This document shows positions 16,673 through 26,807 of a DNA stretch of 64,000 bases, in pieces. Position numbers and translations under genes: made by a program. Numbering within the stretch: position 1 is the first letter of the stretch; each line of letters begins with the position of its first letter. The stretch is from a virus, in the IMG/VR virus record IMGVR_UViG_3300044730_001993, positions 23,861-87,860 of that record; one strand, given 5' to 3'. The notes beneath the pieces are model-generated. The model made no database searches. It saw only the letters and a program-made list of their open reading frames with translations, and was not told where the DNA came from.

Positions 16673-18628
16673 TTACACCGGCCGGAGCGATGCCCCGCCC
16701 TTGAGAAGCCACGTTACACCAACCTGCGCCTTCACGCGAATACCGCCGCAGAAATCCGACGGCAAGAAATCGGTGCTCACCGTACCGCTCGCCACGGACG
16801 GAATCGTGCCCGTGGTGCGGCCCGCGCACGCGGCCACGAGGTCGGCGTCAGAGAGTTCGGTGGAGTACGTTCGTACTTCGCCGATGAGCGCCGACACGAG
16901 CGGGTAGAACGTGGGCGAGTACGCGCGCGTCGAACCGATGTCGTACGTGTCCGCGCTTGTGGGCGCGGTGTACGTTCCAGCGAGAGCAGCGATCGTCTGC
17001 ACCGCGCCGCCGCTGACGGAGTAGCGGACCGACTTGTCGGCCTTGACAACGATCGCGATCACGTAGGCCGATGACACGGTGAAATCGCTGCCAGTGAGCG
17101 CGACCTCCGCGGATGCGTTCAGACCCGCGAGATAGAGGCGCACTTGCCTGCGAGCGCCAGCGTTGTTGCCGACCGCGATATACCACCCTCTTACGCCCGC
17201 CGTCGCATTGTGGGCAGCGATGATTTCTTGCCCGGTCGGCGTGGCGTTAGGATAGATGCACACGACGATCGACTGCCCCGGCCCGAACGCGGGCACCACC
17301 GCGGCGGCGCTCGCGGTGGCGTAGTCAGCCGCCGCCCAGCCCGTCGCCGACTCGCCGCCCATGTAGAACGCCGTTGCGTTGTAGAGATTGAGCCACCCCG
17401 CGACGCCGCCAGACGGTGCCACCCATGCGGGGATGCCACCGCTCACGGTCAACACTTGCCCCGCGGTGCCCACTCCGAGACGCAGCGGCGTACCGCCAGC
17501 GTTCGCGTAGAGCATATCGCCCGCGGTTGTCATCGGGTTCGTGAGCGCGGTCGACGTTTGCCACGTCGCCGTACCACCCGACACGGTGAGAACTTGCCCG
17601 ACGGTGCCGATGCCGAGCCTACCAGCGGCACCGGATACGCCGCCGACGATCAGATCGCCGACCGTTGTCATCGGGCTCACGAACGCAGGCGCCGCCCACG
17701 AGGGCGCCCCACCGGACACGGTGAGCACTTGCCCCGCAGAACCGATCCCGAGCCGTTGCTGCGCGCCGCTCACGCCGCCCGTGATGACGTCGCCGAGCGT
17801 AGTCATCGGGTTCGCTTGAATCGTGACGGTTTGCCACGACGGGGCGCCCGAAATGTACTTGAGAAACTGCCCCTCGGAGCCGCCCGCGAGTCGCGTCGGC
17901 ACCCCGAGAGTGCCGCCGTAGATCGTGTCGCCAGCGGTGGTCATCGGGTTGACGAGTGCCACGAACGTTGCCCACGCAGCGGTGCCACCGGCCACGGTGA
18001 GAACTTGCCCGTTCACGCCGATTGCGAGTCGCCCCGCCGCTCCGCTCACGCCGCCGAGAACGAGGTCGCCCGCGGCGTTCATCGGGTTCGCGAACCCGAC
18101 TGCCGCAGCCCACGCGGGAGCGACACCAGCGCCGCCCGCGGTGAGAACGTAGCCCGCGGTGCCCGCGGCGAGGCGCGTCGCTACGCCACTCGCACCGCCG
18201 TAGATCGTGTCGCCGACGCTGTTCATCGGGTTGGTGAGCGCGGTCGTCCATGCGAGCGCGCCGCCCGTGACGCCGAGCACTTGACCGTTCGTGCCGATTG
18301 CGAAACGTGTCGGCGTGCCCAATGCTCCGCCCGCGAGAAGGTCGCCAGCCGTGGTCATGGGGTTCGCGAAGCCCACCGCCGCAGACCACGCAGGCACGCC
18401 CGACTTGACGGTCAACACGTAGTCGCTCGCGCCGATGGCAAGGCGCTGCCACGCGGATGCGCCGCGCGCGAGAAGGTCGCCCGTCGCTTGCGATGCAATC
18501 GTAAGGTTGCTGGTCTGCGTGGCGATCGTGCCCGTACCCGAGCCCGTCGTGTCGCCCGTGAGCGTGACGGTGCTGCCAACGCCGCCGTTGTACGACCCCT
18601 CGATGATTTGCGTGCCGCAGGTAATCAT
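16673..18628 (-). CDS. tail fibre-like repeat protein with C-terminal LamG/ConA-like domain
   Basis: about 8 NPMTTAGD...RL.IG..GQVLTV.GG.P.W repeats; tip ends with DIGS...IGEVRTYSTELSDADL. Confidence 0.75.
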   Translation of the reverse strand: MITCGTQIIEGSYNGGVGSTVTLTGDTTGSGTGTIATQTSNLTIASQATGDLLARGASAWQRLAIGASDYVLTVKSGVPAWSAAVGFANPMTTAGDLLAGGALGTPTRFAIGTNGQVLGVTGGALAWTTALTNPMNSVGDTIYGGASGVATRLAAGTAGYVLTAGGAGVAPAWAAAVGFANPMNAAGDLVLGGVSGAAGRLAIGVNGQVLTVAGGTAAWATFVALVNPMTTAGDTIYGGTLGVPTRLAGGSEGQFLKYISGAPSWQTVTIQANPMTTLGDVITGGVSGAQQRLGIGSAGQVLTVSGGAPSWAAPAFVSPMTTVGDLIVGGVSGAAGRLGIGTVGQVLTVSGGTATWQTSTALTNPMTTAGDMLYANAGGTPLRLGVGTAGQVLTVSGGIPAWVAPSGGVAGWLNLYNATAFYMGGESATGWAAADYATASAAAVVPAFGPGQSIVVCIYPNATPTGQEIIAAHNATAGVRGWYIAVGNNAGARRQVRLYLAGLNASAEVALTGSDFTVSSAYVIAIVVKADKSVRYSVSGGAVQTIAALAGTYTAPTSADTYDIGSTRAYSPTFYPLVSALIGEVRTYSTELSDADLVAACAGRTTGTIPSVASGTVSTDFLPSDFCGGIRVKAQVGVTWLLKGGASLRPV

Positions 18629-18843
18629 ACGCCGCCAGCCTCGGTCGACCAGCAGCCCGCGACGGGAGCGTCGTTGTCGCAGCGTGTCACCGCCACGAAT
18701 CGCTCGACGAGCACGCCGGGGCGCATCACGTCGATCGTCAAGGTGTCGGCGTCAATCACTTCGACAACGTGCGCCGTGCACCGCTCAAGATCCGACGAGA
18801 GCGGCCTCGCGAGGTAGAAGAGAACGTGGTCCGTCGTACGCAT
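18625..18843 (-). CDS. small hypothetical protein between the fibre genes
   Basis: TGATG and ATGA overlaps. Confidence 0.6.
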   Translation of the reverse strand: MRTTDHVLFYLARPLSSDLERCTAHVVEVIDADTLTIDVMRPGVLVERFVAVTRCDNDAPVAGCWSTEAGGV

Positions 18844-21800
18844 CAGAGCGCCTCCACGGTGCAGTTGTCGAACGTCATCGTGACGGTGCCGCCCGCGGAC
18901 GGATTCTGAGCCATCAGCACCACAAGGTCCCATCCCTTCGTATCGAACGGAGAGTACGCGAAGACGGCGCCGCAGGATCGAAAATCGCTATCCGACGGCC
19001 TCGCTCCACCAGTCCCTCGCGCAAACGCGAACACCAGCGTGCCTCCGTCCGCAGTAAGTTGGGTCCAGTCGTTTCCGTCGTAGAGCGGCGGCGACGCGGG
19101 CGTGCCGCTCGTGATCGCGGCGGCGGTCACAAAATTCTGCGAACCGATCGTGGTCCCCGCGTAGTACATCCCGTACTTCGACGCAGCCGACCCCGTATTC
19201 TCTAACGTAACGCACGGCGTCGTTCCGCCAGTTTTGCCGCTGAACGAGGCGAGCCGGAGCGTGACTCTGAATCGTGAGGCGACAACGCCGGTCGGCATCG
19301 GCACGCGCACGCGCGGAGCGGTGTACGTCCCGCTTGCGTAGCCTGCGGTGACGCCCGCCCCGATCGACAGCGTGACGACGCTGGCCGACGTGATGGTCGC
19401 GGTGCCGTTGCCGTTCGTCGCGGCGCCAGTCGTCCAGTTGATCGTATACGTTGTCGTGCCAGTGGCCGACCACGACGGAGCAACGCCAGCGCCACCAGAC
19501 GTAAGCACGTATCCCGCGGTGCCCGCCGCGAGCCGCGTGGGCGCCCCCGAGGCGCCGCCGACGATCAGATCACCGACGGTCGTCATGGGGTTCGTGAGCG
19601 CGGAGAACGTGGCCCACGCGGGCACGCTGCTCACGATCTGGAGTACCTGCCCTTCGGTGCCCACGGCGAGTCGAGCGGGCACGCCCGACGCGCCACCTTG
19701 AATAAGGTCACCGACGGTGGTCATCGGGTTCGTGAGCCCCGCAGCCCACGTCACCGTCGTGCCGTTCGATGCGAGGAACGTTCCGTTCGCTCCGATGCCG
19801 AGTCGCGCCGGAGCGCCGGAAACACCGCCGACGATCACGTCGCCGTCGGTCGTCATGGGGTTCGCGAAGCCCACGGGTGCCGCCCACGACGGTACGCCAG
19901 CGGCGAGCGTGAGCACGTTTCCGTTCGAGCCAGCCGCGAGACGCGTGGGCACGCCGCTCACGCCGCCGTACAGCGTGTCCCCCGTCGTGGTCATGGGGTT
20001 CGAGAGACCCGCCGCCCACGACACGGCGGACCCGTTCGACGCGAGGAACGTCCCGTTCGCTCCGATCGCGAGGCGCGTTGCGGCGCCGGAGACGCCGCCG
20101 ACGATCACGTCGCCTGCCGTGGTCATCGGGTTAGCGAAGCCCACTGGCGCAGCCCACGCGGGCGCCCCACCGGACACGGTGAGAACCTGCCCCGACGTGC
20201 CGATACCGAGGCGTTGCTGCGCGCCGCTCACGCCGCCCGTGATAACGTCGCCGAGCGTTGTCATCGGGTTCGCTTGAATCGTGACAGTCTGCCACGATGG
20301 CGTGCCCGAAACGTACTTGAGAAACTGCCCCTCGGAGCCGCCCGCGAGCCGCGCCGGAGCACCACTCACGCCGCCAGCGATCATATCGCCCGCGGTTGTC
20401 ATGGGGTTGACGAGCGCCGTGAACGTTGCCCACGCAGCGGTGCCACCGCTCACGGTCAACACTTGCCCTGCGGTGCCGATCCCGAGCCGCCCCGCTGCGC
20501 CCGAGACGCCGCCGAGCACGAGGTCGCCCGCGGTGGTCATCGGGTTCGTGTACGGCGTCGCCCACGACGGCACGCCGCCAGCGATCGTGAGCACTTGCCC
20601 GGTGCTCCCGACGGCGAGGCGCGTCGGAGCGCCAGCGGTGCCGCCGTAGATCGTGTCACCTTCGGCGTTCATCGGGTTCGAGAGCACGGTCGTCCATGCG
20701 AGCGCGCCGCCCGTGACCCCGAGTACCTCGCCGTTCGAGCCGATGCCGAGTCGAGTGGGAGTGCCCGATGAACCGCCCGCGATCAAGTCGCCCGCGGTGG
20801 TCATCGGGTTCGCGAACCCGACCGCCGACGCCCACGCCGCGGTGCCGCCAGCGACGGTGAGAACCTGCCCCGCAGAACCGATCGCGAGTCGGCCCGCGGC
20901 GCCGGAAACGCCGCCGAGCACGAGGTCGCCCGCGGTGGTCATCGGGTTCGTGTACGGCGTCGCCCACGAAGGCACGCCTGCCGCGAGCGTGAGAACTTGA
21001 CCGTTCGTGCCCACGGCGAGTCGCGTCGGGGCGCCCGCGGTGCCCCCGTAGATTGTATCCCCGACGGAGTTCATCGGGTTCGTGAGCGCGGAGAACGTCG
21101 CCCACGCGGCGGTGCCGCCGCTCACGGTGAGCACTTGCCCCGCCGTGCCGATGCCGAGTCGCCCCGCCGCTCCGCTCACGCCGCCGAGCACGAGGTCGCC
21201 CGCGGTGGTCATCGGGTTCGTGTACGGCGTCGCCCACGACGGAACACCCGCGGCGATCGTGAGCACTTGCCCGGTGCTCCCGACGGCAAGGCGTGTCGGC
21301 GCACCCGCGGTGCCGCCGTAGATCGTGTCACCCACGGCGTTCATCGGGTTCGTGAGTGCGCTGAACGTCACCCACGCGGGGGCACCCGCGTTGACCGTCA
21401 ACACTTGCCCCGCGGTGCCGATCGCGAGTCGCGTCGCTGCGCCCGACGAACCGCCTGCGATCAGGTCGCCCGCCGTGGTCATCGGGTTCGCGAAGCCAAC
21501 CGCTGCGGCCCACGCCGGGGCAACGCCCGCGCCACCCGCGGTGAGAACGTACCCCGCGGTGCCCGCGGCAAGCCGCGTCGCTACGCCGCTCGCACCGCCG
21601 TAGATCGTGTCGCCGACGCTGTTCATCGGGTTGGCGAAGCCGACCGCGGACGCCCACGCAGGCACGCCCGACTTGACCGTGAGCACGTAGTTCTCGGTGC
21701 CCACCGCGAGGCGCGTGGCCGTGCCGCTCACGCCACCCGCGATCAAGTCGCCGGGGTCCGTCATCGGGTTCGTGAAACCCGCCGCAGCGGCCCACGCTGG

Positions 21801-22037
21801 CACGCCCGCGGTGACGGTGAGAACCTGCCCGTTCACGCCGATTGCGAGGCGTTGCCACGCCGACGCTCCGCGTGCGAGGATGTCACCCGTCGCCTGCGAT
21901 GCAATCGTGAGGTTGCTGGTCTGCGTGGCGATCGTGCCCGTACCCGAGCCCGTCGTGTCGCCCGTGAGCGTGACGGTGCTACCGCCGCCACCGCCGTTGT
22001 ACGACCCCTCGATGATTTGCGTGCCGCAGGTAATCAC
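18843..22037 (-). CDS. long tail fibre-like repeat protein
   Basis: about 18 copies of the same ~45-aa repeat; N-terminus nearly identical to 16673-18628; different beta-rich tip. Confidence 0.75.
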   Translation of the reverse strand: MITCGTQIIEGSYNGGGGGSTVTLTGDTTGSGTGTIATQTSNLTIASQATGDILARGASAWQRLAIGVNGQVLTVTAGVPAWAAAAGFTNPMTDPGDLIAGGVSGTATRLAVGTENYVLTVKSGVPAWASAVGFANPMNSVGDTIYGGASGVATRLAAGTAGYVLTAGGAGVAPAWAAAVGFANPMTTAGDLIAGGSSGAATRLAIGTAGQVLTVNAGAPAWVTFSALTNPMNAVGDTIYGGTAGAPTRLAVGSTGQVLTIAAGVPSWATPYTNPMTTAGDLVLGGVSGAAGRLGIGTAGQVLTVSGGTAAWATFSALTNPMNSVGDTIYGGTAGAPTRLAVGTNGQVLTLAAGVPSWATPYTNPMTTAGDLVLGGVSGAAGRLAIGSAGQVLTVAGGTAAWASAVGFANPMTTAGDLIAGGSSGTPTRLGIGSNGEVLGVTGGALAWTTVLSNPMNAEGDTIYGGTAGAPTRLAVGSTGQVLTIAGGVPSWATPYTNPMTTAGDLVLGGVSGAAGRLGIGTAGQVLTVSGGTAAWATFTALVNPMTTAGDMIAGGVSGAPARLAGGSEGQFLKYVSGTPSWQTVTIQANPMTTLGDVITGGVSGAQQRLGIGTSGQVLTVSGGAPAWAAPVGFANPMTTAGDVIVGGVSGAATRLAIGANGTFLASNGSAVSWAAGLSNPMTTTGDTLYGGVSGVPTRLAAGSNGNVLTLAAGVPSWAAPVGFANPMTTDGDVIVGGVSGAPARLGIGANGTFLASNGTTVTWAAGLTNPMTTVGDLIQGGASGVPARLAVGTEGQVLQIVSSVPAWATFSALTNPMTTVGDLIVGGASGAPTRLAAGTAGYVLTSGGAGVAPSWSATGTTTYTINWTTGAATNGNGTATITSASVVTLSIGAGVTAGYASGTYTAPRVRVPMPTGVVASRFRVTLRLASFSGKTGGTTPCVTLENTGSAASKYGMYYAGTTIGSQNFVTAAAITSGTPASPPLYDGNDWTQLTADGGTLVFAFARGTGGARPSDSDFRSCGAVFAYSPFDTKGWDLVVLMAQNPSAGGTVTMTFDNCTVEAL

Positions 22038-22040
22038 TCG

Positions 22041-22643
22041 TCAGTCGTCCGATCGCGCCGCATCGTCGAGGAGTTTGGACACGCCATCGCGCAGTCGCTC
22101 CTCCCACGCGCCCGTGAGCGTGCGGACGACCGAGAGGGCCTGCACCGTGTCGGCCGCAGCGGCGAGCGTCGACCCGGACGCGTGGTCGTCGCGCGAGGTC
22201 ACGAGCACGCACCGCGGCCCGCGGCCCATCGACGCGAGCACGCTCAGACCGGAGACGCCGTGACCGAGCGTGAGGTCCGAAATAACCACCGCGGCGCGCA
22301 CCTCGCTCCATACGGCGGCGGCGTTTTCGAGCGACGCAACGACGTGCGCGTGCGCACCGAGCATCGTGAGCGTCGAGGCGCACGTCGGATCGTCGGTGAC
22401 CGCGTGCAGCGGCACACCGAGCGGCGCGAGCAGCGCCACCAGCGCGCAGAGCGCGGGCGGAGAGTCGTCGATAATCATGATGCTGCGACGAAGTTCGTGA
22501 TCGCAGAGCCACGCTCGCAGGTGCGCGGTGAGGTCCGCGGTCTGCGATGCGAGTTCGTTCATGTGGTACGCCAGTCCGCGCATCAGTTCGCCCGCGAACG
22601 ACGGCGAAGGCCCGTCGATTGGCGTGATAACGGAGTTCATCAT
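22041..22643 (-). CDS. receiver (REC) domain protein
   Basis: IMIIDDS...VVISDLTL...SGLSVL...VLVTS; conserved Lys not evident. Confidence 0.7.
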   Translation of the reverse strand: MMNSVITPIDGPSPSFAGELMRGLAYHMNELASQTADLTAHLRAWLCDHELRRSIMIIDDSPPALCALVALLAPLGVPLHAVTDDPTCASTLTMLGAHAHVVASLENAAAVWSEVRAAVVISDLTLGHGVSGLSVLASMGRGPRCVLVTSRDDHASGSTLAAAADTVQALSVVRTLTGAWEERLRDGVSKLLDDAARSDD

Positions 22644-22969
22644 CGGACGACCACCCGAGCTACCGTCGCCGCGACTACGCCGAAAATGACGCTCACCAGA
22701 GCGGCGAGCGCGATGGCCTGCGAGCGCGTGGCTTCCAACTCGCGCAGCCGTCGCTCCACGTCATCGCGCAGCCGACGATCGATCTCCGCGCGCCACGTAG
22801 CGATATCGTCGAGTCGCGTGATGATTCTCGCCGTGACACCCTCCAGAGCGGTGTTCGCGCGCGATTGCTCCTTCGCGATTTCCGCCACGGAGCGATTGAG
22901 CGCCTCGATGCCGCCGAGGATCACTCGGCGGTGCTCCGCCCAGCTATCGCTGTCACTTGGATTCGCCAC
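22640..22969 (-). CDS. coiled-coil protein with C-terminal TM (XhlA/holin-like)
   Basis: RRLRELE followed by AIALAALVSVIFGVVAATV. Confidence 0.55.
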   Translation of the reverse strand: MANPSDSDSWAEHRRVILGGIEALNRSVAEIAKEQSRANTALEGVTARIITRLDDIATWRAEIDRRLRDDVERRLRELEATRSQAIALAALVSVIFGVVAATVARVVVR

Positions 22970-23399
22970 AGATCACTCCTCTCGCGACAGCGTAACCGTC
23001 GTGCCACGGGCTGATGCGCCACGCGATGCGTGACGGCGTTACACCATCTGCGTGCCGATACACATTCTCGAAACGTTCGACCCCGCGGTTCTCTGCGACG
23101 TTCGACGCCACAACGTCGTGTGAACTCGCCACGTCATCCGCCGACGCGAGGTAGCGCGACCACGGAGTCCCCTCGACTGCCTGCGCCTCGTAGCCGAGCC
23201 GCGCCCACCCGCCGCCGCCGACCGCGATAAAATGCGTGGTCGACACGAGGCAGTGCAGGATGTGATCGTCGGCGAGCGCCCACGACGCCGCGAGCGCCCA
23301 GCGCATCGCGGGAGGCGACGCGAGGTCGACGAGCGCGCAGAGGGCGCGGTCGATCTCCGCGAGCGTTGCGGCGGTGAGCGGTTCGGCGTCCAGACTCAT
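22953..23399 (-). CDS. stand-alone PAS-domain protein
   Basis: LGYEAQAVEGTPW...DD...FENVYRHADG...IAW matches a PAS/PAC pattern. Confidence 0.65.
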   Translation of the reverse strand: MSLDAEPLTAATLAEIDRALCALVDLASPPAMRWALAASWALADDHILHCLVSTTHFIAVGGGGWARLGYEAQAVEGTPWSRYLASADDVASSHDVVASNVAENRGVERFENVYRHADGVTPSRIAWRISPWHDGYAVARGVICGESK

Positions 23400-23725
23400 T
23401 GCCCGCCCGCCTCGATTGAGAGCGTGGTCCCGAGCGTCGATGTGAACGTCATGCGAAACGTCGTGATCGGCTCATCGCTCCCGTCGATCGTCGGAAGCGA
23501 TGCGCCCGCCGCCACCGGCACCGCCGTGATCGCCACCGCCGCGCCGAACAGCGTGCCGTTCGGAGACGATGCGACGGAGAGCGCCGTCAACGGGTTCGCG
23601 CCCGTGTTCGCGACGACGATGTTCCAGTTCGTCGCGTTGTTGATCGGCACGTCGAGCGTGCGCGGCGTCGCCGCTGCGAGCACGAGCGTCGTGGTGTAGT
23701 AGCACGTTCGCGACGGGTTCGGCAC
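23396..23725 (-). CDS. small beta-rich virion-like protein
   Basis: T/A/N-rich beta composition, GAGGGAG RBS. Confidence 0.55.
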   Translation of the reverse strand: MPNPSRTCYYTTTLVLAAATPRTLDVPINNATNWNIVVANTGANPLTALSVASSPNGTLFGAAVAITAVPVAAGASLPTIDGSDEPITTFRMTFTSTLGTTLSIEAGGQ

Positions 23726-23728
23726 GGG

Positions 23729-24844
23729 TCACTCCCTCGTCTTGGCGTTCGCGAACATCGTCCGCGCGGCGAGCGCGAGGAGTTCTTCGTTGACGTGGTT
23801 CGCAGGGTTGAACGTGCCCATCGGCACGCGGTATTTCTTGAAGAGTCGCGTCACGAGGCGCCGCTGACGGTCCGGCGACAACGCGAAGAACTGACTCGTC
23901 GCCACCATGCCAGCGCGCTTGAGAAACGACCCCTCGTCGGCCCACTGGCGCGGGATTTGGCGCTTACGCTGCGACCTCGTGAGCGGGAGTCCAGACCTCG
24001 CCATGTCCTTGCGCGAGTCGCGAATGCGTTTCTGGAAACCGCGCTTCGAGTAGCGGTCGGGGTGAAACGACGCCTCTCGCTCGATCCAGACGCTCCAGCA
24101 GTGGTTGCGCACGGCGCGGATCGCCTGCTCGACCTGATAGCGCGACTCCAGTTCGGTGATCGCGCGGAGGTGCTTCGGGAGCGCGCGACGCACCGCATCA
24201 GTGAGCGCGTAGAAATCGCCATCCTCGCCCGAGTCGGTCCACGCGGCGACGAGTTTCTCCAGTCGCTTCGGCGCGATCTTCGAGTTGACGCAGCACGGCG
24301 ACGATCCCTCACGGTGAGGGAAGGGCATATCGTCGGCGAGGTCCATCGGGTGCACGCCCATGCGCTTCGCGTCGGCCTCGATCATGCTCGTGTACCCGCG
24401 CATCTCCGCCGTGAACGACGGCGTGTCGGGGCAGAGTTTGTCCTTCGCGTGGCGCATCCTCGCGCGAACGACCGAGCGCGGCACGGGCGTTTCGATCCCG
24501 CCCTTTCCCATGTGGGTGCGCACGATGAACGACGATTGGCACCTGTACGCCTTGCCGCGTCGCCCGTGCTGGAAGATCGTTTCGCCGAGCGGCGTCGCGC
24601 AGCCGATGACCATCGACGGCGAGGGGTCACCGCGCAGCGTCACCTCGCGACCGATCAGCTTCGACTTGCACCTGTACGGCGTGCCCGCCGACTGCGTGAG
24701 CCACGGCTTCGGCACGCGACCGGGCTTCCAACCGCAGGCTTTACACAGCCCCGTCTCGCACTCGCGGTGTTCGTGCTTGGCGGCGCGCTTCGCTGCGCGG
24801 GCATCGTTTCGGAGAGCGCGGCGGGCGCGACGTTTGGCGGGCAT
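23729..24844 (-). CDS. basic hypothetical protein with N-terminal tag
   Basis: MPAKRRARRALRND; TAACGT box 6 nt before ATG. Confidence 0.7.
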   Translation of the reverse strand: MPAKRRARRALRNDARAAKRAAKHEHRECETGLCKACGWKPGRVPKPWLTQSAGTPYRCKSKLIGREVTLRGDPSPSMVIGCATPLGETIFQHGRRGKAYRCQSSFIVRTHMGKGGIETPVPRSVVRARMRHAKDKLCPDTPSFTAEMRGYTSMIEADAKRMGVHPMDLADDMPFPHREGSSPCCVNSKIAPKRLEKLVAAWTDSGEDGDFYALTDAVRRALPKHLRAITELESRYQVEQAIRAVRNHCWSVWIEREASFHPDRYSKRGFQKRIRDSRKDMARSGLPLTRSQRKRQIPRQWADEGSFLKRAGMVATSQFFALSPDRQRRLVTRLFKKYRVPMGTFNPANHVNEELLALAARTMFANAKTRE

Positions 24845-24900
24845 ACGGCGACGTTACACGATTGCGCGGAGCGGCGCTACGGGGAACGTGCGGCGTTTAT

Positions 24901-25956
24901 TCAGCTACGGAGACGATTGCGACTCGACCCGTTCTTCGCGGCCTTGCGCCTCCGCTGCGGCGCGGGCTTGCCATACGCCGCGAGTTCCGCCTGAGCGGAG
25001 CGAACGAGCGATCGAACGTCCGAGGGGACCGGCACGCCCGCCGCCTCCCGCGCCGCCACGTCGTTGAGGAAATCCTGTGATAGTTCGGCGTACAAGTCGT
25101 CCATCTTCTCACGCTTCGGCCCGCGCGACACGGTGAACGAACCCATCGAAATGAGGCGAGGAGCCGTCGCGACGGGCGGCACGCCGTGGCGGCGCTGCGC
25201 CTCTTGCAGAAGGCCGTTGAGACTGGAGTCCATCGCGCGCCACTCGCGACGTTTCTTGCCCTTCGCCAGAATCGACGGCGCTCGCCAGAAGCCCACGTCG
25301 CCGACGAAGATGCTCCCGTCACGGCGACGATAGAGCGAGAGTTCGTCGTGAACGCCCCACCCGTGTTTGCGCTCGATCGCGAGCAACTGGCCCTCCAGTT
25401 CGGCGTACTCCGTGCCCGTCATCGTCTGGAGCGGCTCGCCGTACTCGCGCACGAGCGCAGGCGTGCCGCCGTCGAGTTCCACGTAGGTCGTGCGCGGGAT
25501 GATGCTGTACCCGAGACTCGCGAGTTCGTTCGCGATGCCCGCCTCTTGCCGAAGGTTGCGCGTCTGTTCGTCGCGCATCCACGGTCGGCCATGAACGTTC
25601 GTCGCCGTCGCCAGCTTGACGACGCGCGGAGCATCGTCAGCCTCGATCTTGTACGCCGCGCCGAAGTTGCCAGAACCGAGCGGCTCGACGTAGCCGTACT
25701 GGCGCTTGCCGTCGCGGGTGAACGAGTACGATTGCGGCGCCAGTTTCAGTCGCGAGGCGATGCGAGCAGCCTCCGCGGTGTCGGGCCGTTTCCAGTGGTC
25801 ACGGGACACGCGCGGCGGGTAGGTGATCGTGCGGGTGTTTCTGCGATCGTAGGCATCGTCGCCTTCGCCGACGCGCTCCACGTAGTCTTCGTCGCGGTAT
25901 CGCTCCGCACGAAGCGGGTTGCGCGCACACGATCGGGTGTCCCGTCGAGGCTTCAT
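24901..25956 (-). CDS. protein kinase-like protein, tagged at both ends
   Basis: LGSGNFGAAY Gly-loop, VVK, QE, VHD, GDVG; N-term CARNP, C-term AAKNGSSR. Confidence 0.65.
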   Translation of the reverse strand: MKPRRDTRSCARNPLRAERYRDEDYVERVGEGDDAYDRRNTRTITYPPRVSRDHWKRPDTAEAARIASRLKLAPQSYSFTRDGKRQYGYVEPLGSGNFGAAYKIEADDAPRVVKLATATNVHGRPWMRDEQTRNLRQEAGIANELASLGYSIIPRTTYVELDGGTPALVREYGEPLQTMTGTEYAELEGQLLAIERKHGWGVHDELSLYRRRDGSIFVGDVGFWRAPSILAKGKKRREWRAMDSSLNGLLQEAQRRHGVPPVATAPRLISMGSFTVSRGPKREKMDDLYAELSQDFLNDVAAREAAGVPVPSDVRSLVRSAQAELAAYGKPAPQRRRKAAKNGSSRNRLRS

Positions 25957-26807
25957 CGCGACCCGCGCCTCGCGTGACTGCGATGCGGTTCGCTGCGACT
26001 CACGTAGGCGATCGCCTCGACGCGGCCCGTATCGAACTTGTGCCACTGAAACGAGAGCGCCACGTCTTCGACTTGCGCAGGCGAGAACGGGTCGTCGGCG
26101 TTCGATTGAGCGAGGTAGATTGCCGTGCGACCGCTATCGTGCATGAACGTGTGCGAGTCGATGACGGAGCCCCACTCGTATCCGTGTCGCGCGAGGATCT
26201 CACCGCACTTCGCGAGCGCGGCACCGATCGAACGGAACAGTGGCTTGCCGCCGACGTGCTCCGCGAGTTCACCGTTGATCGCCTCGGCGACGTGCTCCGG
26301 CATCGAACTACGAACGTGGATCTCTCCGCGCGTGGCGGGTCGCCTCGTCGCTGCGCCTCGCCCGTTCTTCTCCGCCTCGCGCCCCACGACGGCGGGCACC
26401 GGGGGCACCTCGCCGACGAGCCCCTCGCGCGAGGCGAACGTGCCCTCTTCGCGCACATCGAACTGGTCTACCGGGCCGTGAAGCCACGCGGGGTCCGCGT
26501 ACTCCGCTTGACGGTAGATGCGCACGTCGGAACCGCGCCAGTGCACGCGAGGGGCGAGCGCGGCGTTGTAGACCGCGACGGTGCGACCGCGCTCCTTGAT
26601 GACGAGCACCGACACGCCGTAGCGCGGAACGTGGCGCTTGACGCCCTTGAGCCACTGTTCGATGCCGCGCCACGCACTCGCGCGCGAGAACTTCTCGGTC
26701 CACGGCCACGCATCTTCGCCCCCGTCGGGGTAGGTCACGTCGAACGTGACTGTTCGTGCGGGAGCGGGGTTGTGAGCGGACGGACGTGTGACTCGTCGAG
26801 AGTTCAT
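25953..26807 (-). CDS. two-module tagged hypothetical protein
   Basis: MNSRRVTRPSAHNP; internal AEKNGRGAATRR; ATGA overlaps. Confidence 0.7.
   Translation of the reverse strand: MNSRRVTRPSAHNPAPARTVTFDVTYPDGGEDAWPWTEKFSRASAWRGIEQWLKGVKRHVPRYGVSVLVIKERGRTVAVYNAALAPRVHWRGSDVRIYRQAEYADPAWLHGPVDQFDVREEGTFASREGLVGEVPPVPAVVGREAEKNGRGAATRRPATRGEIHVRSSMPEHVAEAINGELAEHVGGKPLFRSIGAALAKCGEILARHGYEWGSVIDSHTFMHDSGRTAIYLAQSNADDPFSPAQVEDVALSFQWHKFDTGRVEAIAYVSRSEPHRSHARRGSR

Noticed and set aside
16673-22037. Regularly spaced DNA repeats (GTCATCGGGTTCG...) resembling a CRISPR array
   Set aside because: They are codons of the protein repeat with synonymous variation, and the intervening sequences are homologous rather than unique spacers
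16673-22037. Diversity-generating retroelement or invertible fibre switch
   Set aside because: No reverse transcriptase or invertase is in the window, both genes have the same orientation and no adenine-specific TR/VR pair was seen
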